From Octopus sinensis (lineage: Eukaryota), in the NCBI RefSeq assembly GCF_006345805.1, contig NC_043013.1:8122001-8186000 (forward strand): 64,000 nucleotides of DNA, given 5' to 3'. Below, piece by piece: positions 1 to 11,706 of the stretch. The notes beneath the pieces were generated by a model. That model worked only from the letters and a program-made list of their open reading frames with translations. It did no database searches and had not been told where the DNA came from. The first letter of the stretch is position 1. Each line of letters opens with the position of its first letter. The translations under genes were made by a program, and so were the position numbers.

Positions 1-131
1 TCGGCGGAATTTGAACTCAGAATGTAATGGCAGATGAAATACCACTAAGCATTTCGCCCGGCGTGCTATCATTTATGCCAGCTCATCACCTTCAACTGGT
101 TGTCATTCTGTCATTCTGTCATTCTCTTTTA

Positions 132-348
132 CCCTTTCACATTCAGATCACTGTCTCAAATGTAATACATATTTATTTGCATTATTTTGAATTAATCATG
201 CTTTACCTCATAGCTTTGAGATTTTGATGATGTGGGATGTTTATTTTTATAATGACATTGAAGGGCATGCATGAGAAGTCAGATCTAGTTGATTTGAACA
301 TTAAATAGGATACTGGAGTCAGATATGGTTGGTTTAAATACCAAAGGG
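132..348. mobile_element. piggyBac-type MITE (~215 bp family), degenerate copy
   Basis: Starts CCCTTT, ends AAAGGG followed by TTAA (349-352). Homologous copies at ~6834-7042, ~7640-7731, ~50163-50370 and ~54022-54225. Confidence 0.65.
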
Positions 349-374
349 TTAATGTTACCTTAGTAGATTATATG

Positions 375-972
375 TTTCTTTACTACCCACAAGGGGCTTA
401 CCACAGAGGGGACAAACAAGGACAGACGAATGGATTAAGTCAATTACATCGACCCCAGTGCGAAACTGGCACTTAATTTATCGATCCCAAAAGGATGAAA
501 GGCAAAGTCAACCTCGGCGGAATTTGAACTCAGAACGTAGCAGCAGACAAAATACCTATTTCTTTACTACCCACAAGGGGCTAAACACAGAGGGGACAAA
601 CAAGGACAGACGAATGGATTAAGTCGATTACATCGACCCCAGTGCGTAACTGGTACTTAATTTATCGACCCCAAAATGATGAAAGGCAAAGTCGACCTCG
701 GCGGAATTTGAACTCAGAATGTAACGGCAGACGAAATACCTATTTCTTTACTACCCACAAGGGGCTAAACACAGAGGGGACAAACAAGGACAGACGAACG
801 GATTAAGTCGATTACATCGACCCCAGTGCGAAACTGGTACTTAATTTATCGACCCCGAAAGGATGAAAGGCAAAGTTGACCTCGGCGGAATTTGAACTCA
901 GAACGTAGCGGCAGACGAAATACGGTTATTCATTTCGCCCGGCGTGCTAACAGTGCTGCCAGCTCGCCGCCT
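375..972 (-). mobile_element. SINE family B, tandem trimer (one head plus three bodies)
   Basis: Body repeats start at 375, 559 and 743 (period 184). The tRNA-like head (GGCGGCGAGCTGGCAG...) occurs only in the last copy. Flanking TAGATTATA at 364-372 and 977-985. Confidence 0.85.
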
Positions 973-1200
973 TCAATAGATTATAGTTAACCTCAATGTG
1001 GCTTTCCAACATAATGTTCTCACTTCTTATCTATTACATTACATTACAGCATTTATTAAGTGTTGTTGCCAAATTTTAAAGATGGTAAATTGTTTAGTAA
1101 TGGAGATTATTTGCAATGCTAAGAAGTTATTGTGGCTTTGTAAGAACTCTCTCATCCGCTTCTCTTGTTCAGGCTGTTTGTCATGTTTGTTTATACTCTC

Positions 1201-1597
1201 TCTTTACTCTTTACTTGTTTCAGTCATTTGACTGTGGCCATGCTGGAGCACCACCTTTAGTCGAGCAAATCGACCCCTCCAGGACTTATTCTTTGTAAGC
1301 CTAGTACTTATTCTATCGGCCTCTTTTGCCGAACCGCTAAGTTATGGGGACATGAACACACTAGCATCGATTGTCAAGCGATGTTGGGGGGACAAACACA
1401 GACACACAAAAACATGCACATATATATACACACACACAACAGGCTTCTTTCAGTTTCCGTCTACCAAATCCACTCAAGGCTTTGGTCAGCCCGAGGCTAT
1501 AGTAGAAGACACTTGCCCAAAGTATCACACAGTGGTACTGAACCCGAAACCATGTGGTTGGCAAGCAAGCTACTTACCACACAGCCACTCCTGCGCC
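1201..1597 (-). mobile_element. tRNA-derived SINE family A, full length
   Basis: Head GGCGCAGGAGTGGCTGTGTGG (A box) ... GGTTCAGTACC (B box), central CA/TA microsatellite, tail ...GAAACAAGTAAAGAG. More than 15 copies in the window; a degenerate tandem copy follows at ~1661-2054. Confidence 0.9.
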
Positions 1598-2304
1598 TTA
1601 TATTATATATTTTTGACTATTTTTTATCAATTATTCTTTTTCTTCTCTTTTATTCTTTAACTTTTTCGAGTCATTTGACTGTGGCCATGCTGGTGCACTG
1701 CCTTTAGTCGAACATATCGACCCCCAAGACTTATTCTTCGTAAGCCTAGTACTCATTCTATAGGGACATAAGCACACCAACATTTGTTGTCAAATGATGA
1801 TGGAGGGGACAAACACAGGCACATAAATATATACTAACACACACACACACACATACACACGCACACACTTACACTCACACACACACACTCACACATACAC
1901 ACACACACACGATGGGTGTCTTTCAGTTTCCATCTACCAAATCCACTCACAAGGCTGTAGTAGAAGAACTTGTTCAAGGTGCCATGGAGTGGGACTGAAC
2001 ATAGAATCATGTGGTTGGTAAGCAAGCTTCTTACCACACAGCCACTCCTGCACCTATCTTTATCTTTTAATCTTATCTATTTCAGTTGCTAGGCTGTGGT
2101 CATGCAGGGGCGCCACCTGGAACAAATTTTAGCCAAAAGAATTGAGCCCAGTACTTATTTTTTCTATTTTTTTTTAAAGTCATCTACTTATTCTGTCATT
2201 CTCTTTTGTTGAACTGCTAAGTTACATGAATGTAAACACATCAACACTGGTTGTCAAGCAACAGTAAGGGACAAACACAGACAGGAAGACACACATACAC
2301 ATAT

Positions 2305-2352
<48 letters not shown>

Positions 2353-2354
2353 CG

Positions 2355-2510
2355 CGGAGTGGTTGGCGTTAGGAAGGGCATCCAGCCGTAGAAACACTGC
2401 CAGATCTGACTGGGCCTGACGAAGCCTTCCAGCTTCACAGACCCCAGTTGACCCGTCCAACCCATGCTAGCATGGAAAACGGACGCTAAACGATGATGAC
2501 GATGATGATG
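2355..2510 (+). mobile_element. SINE-like family D (RTE-type tail, (GAT)n end), nested in a family A fragment
   Basis: GGTTGGCGTTAGGAAGGGCATCCAG...CCAACCCATGCTAGCATGGAAAACGGACGCTAAACGATGATG; about 15 copies in the window. Confidence 0.8.
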
Positions 2511-2557
<47 letters not shown>

Positions 2558-2599
2558 TGTATGCATGTGTATATGTATATGTATATCTATCTATATGTA

Positions 2600-2631
<32 letters not shown>

Positions 2632-3780
2632 TATACATATATATATGTATATGTATATATATATAGATAGATATACATGCATGCATACACACACACACAC
2701 ATATGCATATGATATGCTTCTTTCAGCATCCACCTATGAAATCCATTTACACAGCTTTGGTTGGCAAAGGCGGCGAGGTAGCAGAGACATTAGCACGCTG
2801 GGTGAAATGCTTGGCGGCATTTTGTCTATCTTTACGTTCTGAGTTCAGATTCTGCCAAGGTTCGCTTGGCCTTTCATCATTTCGGGGTCAATAAATTAAG
2901 TACTAGTTGTGTACCGCAGTTGATCTAATAGACTGGCCCTACCCACTCCCCAAATAAATTTCAGGCCTTGTGCTGAGAGTAGAAGAGAAAAGGCTTTTGT
3001 TGGCACAAGGTTATAATAGAAAACACTCACCCAAGATGTCCACACAGTGGGACTGAACCCAGAACCATGTGGTTGAGAAGCAAACTTCTTACTCTACAAC
3101 CATGTCTGTGTTATTTTATTTACACATTTCCCTCACCTTGGTCTGGTCCATCACACAGCACCTAGAACCATGGGGCAAATCATGTCTTTATGCGAATGGA
3201 AAACACAGCTTTATCTTCTCTTTTACCTTTTACTTGTTTCTGTCATTGGATCGTAGCCATGCTGGAGCACCACTTTGAAGGGTTTAGTTGAACAAATTGA
3301 CCCTAATACTTTTCTCGAAGTCTGGTCCTTACTGTATTGTTCTCTTTTGCCAAATCCTAACTTATAGGGATGTAAACAAACCAATACTAATTGTTAATGG
3401 TGAGGAGAGAGAAAAAAAAAAAAAGGCACATCTATACTGCAGGCTTCCCATACAGCTTCCACCTACCAAATTCCCTCACGAGGCATTGGTTGGCTGGGAA
3501 TTATAGCGGAAAGCACTTACCCAAAGTACTACACAGTAGAACTGAACTTGAAATTGTGTTTGCAAAGTGAATTTCTTAACCACACAGCAATGTCTGCTCT
3601 TAGCTACGCTAATGTTATTTCAATTATATTTTATGAAATTAAACATATCTCTGGCAAGGTGCCAACTACCAAATATCCTCTTATTTCTTTAAATGCCATT
3701 GAAAGTAAATGCCAAAGTGTAAACACTGATTGCTTTCCTGGCAAAAAAATGGACATTTTAAGCTACCATTAATCTTTTAG

Positions 3781-3822
3781 GACCAAGTGGCAAATTACTA
3801 AGAATGGTCCAATTGAAAAATG
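3781..3822 (+). other. candidate 42-nt exon
   Basis: ATCTTTTAG acceptor and ATG|GTAAGC donor in otherwise unique sequence; two of three frames are open. No recognisable protein. Confidence 0.35.
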
Positions 3823-4089
3823 GTAAGCTATTCTGTTGTGATGTAACTGACAGTGAGAGTTATTAGGAGTATAAAATGCTTGTTTACTTAATGTTGTAGA
3901 CAGGATATGTTACCTAGGCAACTTAATCAGTACTATAACAGTATAATATCCAAAGCTGTGAATTGTGAATCTGAGCTGAAAGGAAGTTTGTTGAGGTGTT
4001 GCTTTCATTGAGGACAATGACATACCCACCCCCACTCACTCCCTCACTACCTCTCTCCATCTCTGTCTTTGTCTGCTTGTCTCTCCCTC

Positions 4090-4120
<31 letters not shown>

Positions 4121-4496
4121 CTCTCTCTCTCTCTCTGTCTCTCTTGGCATGTTGTATATAAGAAGTGTGATGCTGTATAAAAGTGAACCATGAATAAACA
4201 AAGATTAGAAAACTTCCTGAAAATGGAAAAGAATGATTTGAATTTGACTTGTTTCCAGAGTAATGTAGAAGTAGACTAAATGGTCCAGTTGACAGAGCAT
4301 CAGATTAAAGAACTGACAGATCGATGGTTCAAGTTCTATCAGCAATGTTGCATTGTGTCTATCCATGATGAGAACATTTAACTTTCAGTGAGTCGATCCA
4401 CCTAGCTGTAAATAAGTACCCCAAAGGTGGGACTAACTACTCACTAGATAATTACTATTTGTAAATCTCACAATGAGAGATATTCAGCAACAGTAC

Positions 4497-4848
4497 TTTG
4501 GAGTAAAGATTGTTTGCCAACATAACATGGCAGTCCTGGTTTAGGACAAATCTTGCTGTAATTTAGTCCCAGGAGACATCATCTCCAGCTGGCTATAAGA
4601 CACGATCTGTGTCCTTATATTTTTGAACAATTATTCTGTGCTGATGAAGGGAAATAACTCGGAAATCGTGATACACAGATATTGTTTTGAGCTGAGTGGG
4701 GGTGCTAGATTCCCTTGTTCGAAAATATAAAGACACATATCATGTTGTATAGCCAGCTGGAGATGATGTCTCCTGGGGCTAAATTACAGAAACATTCATC
4801 CTAAACCAGAACTGCCATGTTATGTTGGTAAACAATCTTTACTCCAAA
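4497..4848. mobile_element. foldback element, ~134-bp arms, hammerhead-like motif in the spacer
   Basis: Arms 4497-4630 and 4715-4848 are imperfect reverse complements. The spacer holds TCTGTG-CTGATGA...GAAA-TCGTGA-TA-CACAGA. Confidence 0.8.
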
Positions 4849-4879
4849 CCTACTCACTATTCACTTCTATAAGCAGCTC

Positions 4880-5212
4880 CTTCTAAAAAGCACTGCTGCT
4901 GGTTCCACATAAAAGACACTAGTGCTGGTACCACATAAAAAGCACCGGCGCTGGTGTCATGTTAAAATTGCTGGTGATAGTGCCACTTTAAAAGCACTGT
5001 TACTGGTACCACATAAAAAGCACTGGTAATAGTGCCATATACAAAGCGCCCAGTACACTCTGTAAAGTGGTTGGCAGTAGGGAGGGCATCCAGCTGTAGA
5101 GACTAAGCCAAAATAGACTGCGGAACCTGGTGTGACTCCTGGCTTTGCTGGTTCCTGTCAAACCATCCAACCTACGCCAGCATGGAAAATGGGCATTAAC
5201 TGATGATGATGA
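4880..5212 (+). mobile_element. family D element with ~25-bp minisatellite 5' end
   Basis: Degenerate repeats of AAAAGCACTGGTGCTGGTACCACAT precede the family D body and (GAT)n tail. Confidence 0.7.
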
Positions 5213-5474
5213 ATTTATTTGCTGAAGTAAAGTCTAATCCTATACCTCAGAAAGATATCTTGTTAGAAGACTAATATACATTTATATCCTTGTCACATGT
5301 TGGATACATAAATTATACATTACACAGTGGAGGCTAAATCAATGTGTTCACACAATGTACTTTGTGAGACTATCAAAATGCTCTCTCTTGACTACTAGTG
5401 ACCTCAACTCTTTATAAGAGTTCAGCTAGTCCGTTCTTCGAATCTGCTAGTGGTGTCAATGACACTTGCCACAG

Positions 5475-5855
5475 GGAAGCACTCCATCGGTTACGACGAC
5501 AAGGGTTCTGGTTGATCCGATCAACGGAACAGCCTGCTCGTGAAATTAACGTGTAAGTGGTTGAGCACTCCACAGACACGTGTACCCTTAATGTAGTTCT
5601 CAGGATATTCAGCGTGACACAGAGAGTGACAAGGCCGGCCCTTTGAAATACAGGTACAACAGAAACAGGAAGTAAGAGTGAGAAAAAGTTGTGGTGAAAG
5701 AGTACAGCAGGGATCACCACCATCCCCTGCCAGAGCCTCGTGGAGCTTTAGGTGTTTTCACTCAATAAACACTCACAACGCCTGGTCTGGGAATCGAAAC
5801 CGCGATCCTACAACCGCGAGTCCGCTGCCCTAACCACTGGGCCATTGCACCTCCC
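5475..5855 (-). mobile_element. tRNA-derived SINE family C (tail type 1)
   Basis: Head GGAGGTGCAATGGCCCAGTGGTTAGGG...GGTTTCGATTCCC; 12-bp TSD CACTTGCCACAG at 5463-5474 and 5856-5867. Confidence 0.9.
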
Positions 5856-6050
5856 CACTTGCCACAGCACATACTATCAAAGGTATTCCAACTGCGACCA
5901 TCACATGTTCTTTTTATAGGCATAGGGTAACCTAGACCACATTATTAAACAAGTCTTTTTCTCTTTTGCTCTACTTTTTCTTAAAGAAGTTATGGTGTTG
6001 TTATTTTATTTGTTAATTTAAAGTAAAGGAGCTTATGATATATCTTATAC

Positions 6051-6436
6051 CTGTTTCAGCCATTTGATTGTGGCCATGCTGGGGCACTTCCTTGTAGAAC
6101 CTTTAGTCAAATGAATCGATCCCAGTACTTATTTTTTTAAAGCCTGGTACTTATTCTATCACTCCCTTTTTGCTGAACCATTAAGTTACAGGGACGTAAA
6201 CAAACCAACATCAGTTGTCAAGTGGTGCTGGGGGACAAACACAGACACAAAGACATACATACATATATATATACAATGGATTTGTTTCAGTTTCTCTCTA
6301 CCATATCCACTCACAAGGCTTTGGTTGACCTGAGGCTAGAGTTGAAGACACTTGCCCAAGGTGTCATGCAGAAGGACTGAACCCAGAACTACGTAGCTGG
6401 GAAGCAAACTTCTTACCACACAGCCATGCCTGCACC
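6051..6436 (-). mobile_element. SINE family A, degenerate
   Basis: Similarity to the family A copies across head, body and tail. Confidence 0.75.
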
Positions 6437-6771
6437 TGTATATACATAGCAGTTCTACTTGTGATATTGTCTTCTAAAATTGCTTGTGTCAGAATTGTTA
6501 GACTTCAGGTGTTATATTTTGAATATTCAATATTCAAGCAAGCAGAAGCTAAATATAGTTTAACAACAACAGCAACAGCAACAACAACAACAACAACAAG
6601 TTTCTTTTGTGTGATTGTATACCCTTCCAAAGCAATAGTTTATTTTATGGTTCCATTGTTAATTTGACCTTAAGAATTTGTAATTGTACTAGATCTTTAG
6701 AAGAAAGTAAAAAAAAAAAAAAAACCCCAGCAAAAACACTATAAAACTAGCTTGGTTGGTAGTCTCTTTAG

Positions 6772-6788
6772 AATGCTTTAGGTTTCAG
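6772..6788 (+). other. candidate micro-exon (17 nt; 7 nt if the AG at 6780-6781 is used)
   Basis: GTCTCTTTAG acceptor; perfect CAG|GTAAGT donor at 6789. Confidence 0.3.
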
Positions 6789-7206
6789 GTAAGTATTTTT
6801 AGAGGTATTTAAAAAGAAGTTACATATATCTAATCCTCTAGCATTCAGATTACTCGGTCAAATTCAATGCTTATTTATTCACATTATTTTGATTTATCCT
6901 GAATTATCTAATAGCTTTGAAATTTTAATGATGTGATTGTATATTTTTAGACTGACATTGTAGGGTAGGAGTGAGAAGTCAGATGTAGCCGATTTGAACC
7001 TTAAAAAGGTAGAATGTATTGGCAGGTTTAAATGCTAAAGAGTTAAATAACTAATCTTTAAGTTCAGGGTGGTTAATATATGTATATATATATAGCAATT
7101 AAGGACAACTACTTAATAAGGAAAACTTAACAAGAAGTCAGTAGAAGCGTGAAAGACCTCATAAGAGAAAAAATTTCGAAAATAATTATTTCTTATTGAA
7201 CAGTTA

Positions 7207-7363
7207 ATTTATATAGAGGGCATTATACATACATGCCAGAGGGCATTATACATACATGCCACACGCTAAGAGGACAATTAGTCATTTCTACCAAATTTTT
7301 GGTAGAATGACAATTGTCCCTCTTAGCGTGTGGCATGTATGTATAATGCCCTCTATATATAAA
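7207..7363. repeat. near-perfect hairpin (~58-bp arms) with a 23-bp tandem duplication of the left end
   Basis: 7238-7295 is the reverse complement of ~7298-7354; AGAGGGCATTATACATACATGCC occurs at 7215-7237 and 7238-7260. Confidence 0.85.
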
Positions 7364-8089
7364 TGTATATATATATTATATATATGATAATATTAGGGAG
7401 TATAACTCCAAACTTACAGGGGAAAATTCGATTTAGTATTAAATCAAATTTCACAGTATAATATATAAAATATGAATAAGAGATAAAACCACTATTAAGC
7501 AACTCAAACAGTGATAAACATAAACCAATACATAAATAACAACTAATATAAATATAATTAACATAATTAACATGATATATATATATATATATATTATTTT
7601 TTTTTTTTGATCAGATAAAGTAATATTTTAGAATACTATTATAATGTGTTGGTCTGAGAGGCAATGTCTGGCCAGTTTGAACATAAAACAGAATATTTTG
7701 GTTGGATATGGCTGGATTAAGTGCTAAAGGGTTAAAAGTTTAAAAAAAATCTATGGTTGTTAATATTTATTAGAATTTACTAACTTTCAGAGAATGTAAA
7801 ATTATTATTAATATTTTTTTTTTGGAACATTGGATCTCAAAGTAGATGTGCTATTAGTAATAAAATGTAAATATTGGGTTAAAAAGAAGAAAAAAAACTT
7901 TAGATAGAAAAAAGTTGAAAGCCGCTGTTGGAACTTGAACCTGCACCTGTAAACATGTCAGGCATTTGTATCATAGAACTAAGATAGTCTTAGACAGGTC
8001 AGTATCAATAAGGTGAAGCAATAAACCTTTTGAAATAGTATACCAGTTCTTTGTTAGGAAGCACTAACAGTAAAATTACTTTCTTTCAG

Positions 8090-8111
8090 AACTTATTATA
8101 TCTTGCAGGAG
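8090..8111 (+). other. candidate 22-nt micro-exon
   Basis: Branch-point-like CACTAAC at 8062-8068, TTACTTTCTTTCAG acceptor, GAG|GTAAGA donor. Confidence 0.4.
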
Positions 8112-8245
8112 GTAAGATATCTAAAGTAACTTAATCCCTATAAAATTAGATTAAATTTAGTGACTTGCTTGTAACAACCCTTCATCTCTCTCTCTCTCTT
8201 TCTCTGTCTATCTTTTTGCCTTACTCTTTTTCTTTGAATCAGAAG

Positions 8246-8289
<44 letters not shown>

Positions 8290-8310
8290 ATATATATATA
8301 TATATATATA

Positions 8311-8355
<45 letters not shown>

Positions 8356-9051
8356 CTCTCCCCCTCACCATTCTTCATGGTCTCCTTGCACCATTCCCCT
8401 TCTTCTCTCTCTTCCTCTTGCTCCTCCTCCCCCATTCCCGTCGTCCATCTGCGACGATACTTCCGTCGTAACTGCTATCCTGTCTTTTCTCGCCCGCCTT
8501 CTAAGGCCACTGGTCGACATTCTTTCTCTCTCGTCGTCCACTATAATCCAGCGTTTGCATTACTTTTTTCGTCTGGCGTAAACAGCCCTTCTCATCTTGT
8601 TCTCCTTGTCCTGTCTCTCACTGTTATATATTTATTTTTCAACTGTTTATATATAATTTTTTTTTTTTTTTTTTTACTGTTTATATGTTTGTACTGTCGT
8701 TACCGTCTTGCTTTTTTTACCATTTTTTACCCCTCTGCGAAAAGATCTCAGAATTTTAATTGATTTGCTTTTCGCAGGAAGGAAGTTTCTTCGAAGTATA
8801 CGTCTCGCTTTTATCCTTCGAAACGTAAAGTAGATGAAACCTTAGCGACTGAAGAAGGGGATTTTTCGTTGTGCTTATTGTCCTGTATCTCTTTTTTGCT
8901 TGTCCTGTTCCTTGGTTTGTGTCTATGTTTTTCGTCTCTCTATGTGTTCGACGTCTTTTTGGTGTCCTGTACACATATATGCGTGTATATGTACATGTAG
9001 AGGTAGGTACGTACATATATGTTTATATATATGCATATGTTCTATTTTATT

Positions 9052-9105
<54 letters not shown>

Positions 9106-9108
9106 TAT

Positions 9109-9493
9109 GGCGCAGGAGTGGCTGTGTGGTAAGTAGCTTGCTAACCAACCACATGGTTGCGGGTTCAGTCCCACTGCGTGGCATCTTGGGCAAGTGTCTT
9201 CTGCTATAGCCCCGGGCCGACCAATGCCTTGTGAGTGGATTTGGTAGACGGAAACTGAAAGAAGCCTGTCGTATATATGTATATATATATGTGTATGTGT
9301 GTGATAGTGTGTCTGTGTTTGTTCCCTAGCATTGCTTGACAACCGATGCTGGTGTGTTTACGTCCCCGTCACTTAGCGGTTCGGCAAAAGAGAAAGAATA
9401 AGTCCCGGGGTCGATTTGCTCGACTAAAGGCGGTGCTCCAGCATGGCCACAGTCAAATGACTGAAACAAGTAAAAGAGTAAAAGAGTAAAAGA
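9109..9493 (+). mobile_element. SINE family A, full length, young subfamily
   Basis: Near-identical to copies at 13183-14161, 60090-60506 and 61576-62014 (shared GCATCTTGGGC and CCCCGGGCCGACCAATGCC). Confidence 0.9.
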
Positions 9494-9541
<48 letters not shown>

Positions 9542-10339
9542 ATAGATAGATAGATAGATTGATAAAATTTACTTGGAAATGGATGCATGGTGTTCTACTC
9601 GAAATACGGAGTAGAAAATCAGCCAATGACTGAAGGGTCGTTCTTTATGTTGTTTGCCTTGTTTTCCATTTGTTTCTTTCATTGTTCGCAAAAAAAAGTT
9701 CATATTCCATGTTTACGTATTTTTCGTATTTCATGTTGTTTACGTTCTGTGACCTCCTGTGCCCATATATGCATATATATATATACATGTATAAATATAT
9801 ATCTATATATGAATGTATATATGCATATATATATGTTATATGAATATATGTATGTATGTATATACACATATATATATTATTTATATGATATATATATCGT
9901 TCCCTATCCATCCCATCCTACCCCCACCCCAACCCTTACACCCACTCCCACATACCCCACCTCTACCCCCACCCTCAGCCTAACCCACACCCCACCCTTG
10001 CTTTCCCCACTGTTGCCTCCCACGCATCCCACCACCACCACGCCATACCACACACCACCACACCACATCACATCACACCACCATGCACACACTAGCACTA
10101 ATCACTTCCCAGCCCCACACCATCATCCACACACCTTCACACAATCTGGAAGAGAAGGACAGTATGCAACCGTTAGCTAAGGGTGTCGACCACTAAGGGT
10201 GTCTACCACCTACTGAATGTTTCATATGCTCTGTCAGATGCTTCCTGGCGAGTTTGTATCCAAACAAGGAGGACTAGGTTTTGCATTGCAAAAACTCAAC
10301 CATGTGTATATATGGGTTAATATAGTTGCTAATAAACTT

Positions 10340-11195
10340 TTTTAGCAAGCTAACAGTCCAATCATGATATTAGTACGTTCTGGCACTGTTTTTCTATACA
10401 TCGCTGGTGGAGAGATGAGTCACTGCTGTCTCTAATGGTCGAGCATCCATCACTGATGAGACCAAGGAAGGTCTAAATCATGTGATCTGCTGGTCTTGGC
10501 ACTGGAGTTGGTGGGGATTTACCTCCCCTCTAGCTATTAAAACAAGAGGGCATTTTGCACCAAAGCCAATATGATAGTTTCTTATTTCTTTACTGCCCAC
10601 AAGGGGCAACACACAGAGTGGACAAACAAGGAAAGACAAAAGAATTAAGTCGATTATATCAACCCCAGTGTGTAACTGGCATTTATTTAATTGATCCCAA
10701 AAGGATGAAAAGCAAAGTCAACCTCGGCAGAATTTGAACTCAGAATGTAGTGGCAGACGAAATACTGCTAAGTATTTTGCCCGGCATGCTAACGATTCTG
10801 CCAGCTCGCTGCCTTAAAAGCCAATATGAGAGTTTCTCTCATGCTATCTCCTGCAGTATAGTCTGTTCCAACAGAACATCCACATTTAAGTAGGGATAAA
10901 TGTTAGCTCTCAGTATTAATACTGCCTTCATCGCTAATATATATTTTCAAACAAGCTCACTGGCTAATCACAACATTAGCGCCTGTTCTGGCATTGTTTT
11001 TGCTATATACCACTGACAGGTTGAGATGAGTTTCTGCTATCTCCATCATTGACTAGATGCAGGAAGGTTAAAATCACATGATCTGGTGGTCTCAGCACTG
11101 GAGTTAGTGAGGATTTATCTCCCTACTTACAATATAAACGAGAGTATAATTTACAGTGGAGGGTAAATATTACCACTCGATATTAATACTGCCTC
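10340..11195 (+). repeat. two diverged direct copies of a ~270-340 bp unit, each with a decayed hammerhead-like motif
   Basis: 10340-10550 aligns with 10945-11145, and TATTAATACTGCCT recurs at ~10914 and ~11181. Motifs at 10448-10492 and 11044-11088. Confidence 0.65.
10583..10816 (-). mobile_element. SINE family B with 21-bp TSD
   Basis: AAAGCCAATATGA(T/G)AGTTTCT at 10562-10582 and 10817-10837. Confidence 0.85.
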
Positions 11196-11706
11196 TATAA
11201 ATCCTCGAGTATAGTCTGCCTTTGAGTATAATATGCAGGAGATTTTTAGGGGGCTGTACCTCTGAAAAACCTAAACCTTGTATATAATACGCACCCCTTC
11301 TCTAACTTGAGTCAAGGAGGTCTATATAACGTCCTTGGTTTGGAAAAATGTATACGGTAACGTCCTTTATTATTATTGTATATATAACATAATGCAAACA
11401 TGTAGCTTTTTTGTGCATTTTGTTTGCAGAAAATAAAGAAATAACAGTAATAACGTTTAATAAATGTTGCTTACTGCAAGTTATGGATGATTCTTTTATG
11501 ACTTCATTGCTTTCAGGCTTAGCTTAAGGTATTTTCGCACCCGACATCACAAAATGCGTCTGAATAAACATTGCCGGACAGCAAATAGAGACTCGGACAT
11601 TGCTTAGAAAATATTTTTCATTTTTAACCTCGTATATAGTACGCACTAGGGATTTTGACCTTTAAATTTTGGGGAAAAAATGCGGATTATACTCGAGGAT
11701 TTACAG
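11195..11706. mobile_element. non-autonomous Tc1/mariner-superfamily (pogo/Tc2-like) MITE
   Basis: Imperfect TIRs CTATAAATCCTCGAGTATAGTCTGC / GCGGATTATACTCGAGGATTTACAG; TA after the right end; subterminal TATA(A/G)TACGCAC motifs; no ORF. Confidence 0.65.

Noticed and set aside
1116-1707. Recurrent ORF peptides such as FQSFDCGHAGAPP and [20 protein letters not shown]
   Set aside because: They recur because they are read from SINE A copies; not genes.
7155-7200. GAAA-ATAATTAT-T palindrome after a short stem
   Set aside because: The upstream core has two mismatches and no stem I; AT-rich palindromes are expected by chance.
9905-10135. C-rich tract with G-quadruplex potential on the minus strand
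   Set aside because: Ordinary low-complexity sequence with no supporting context.
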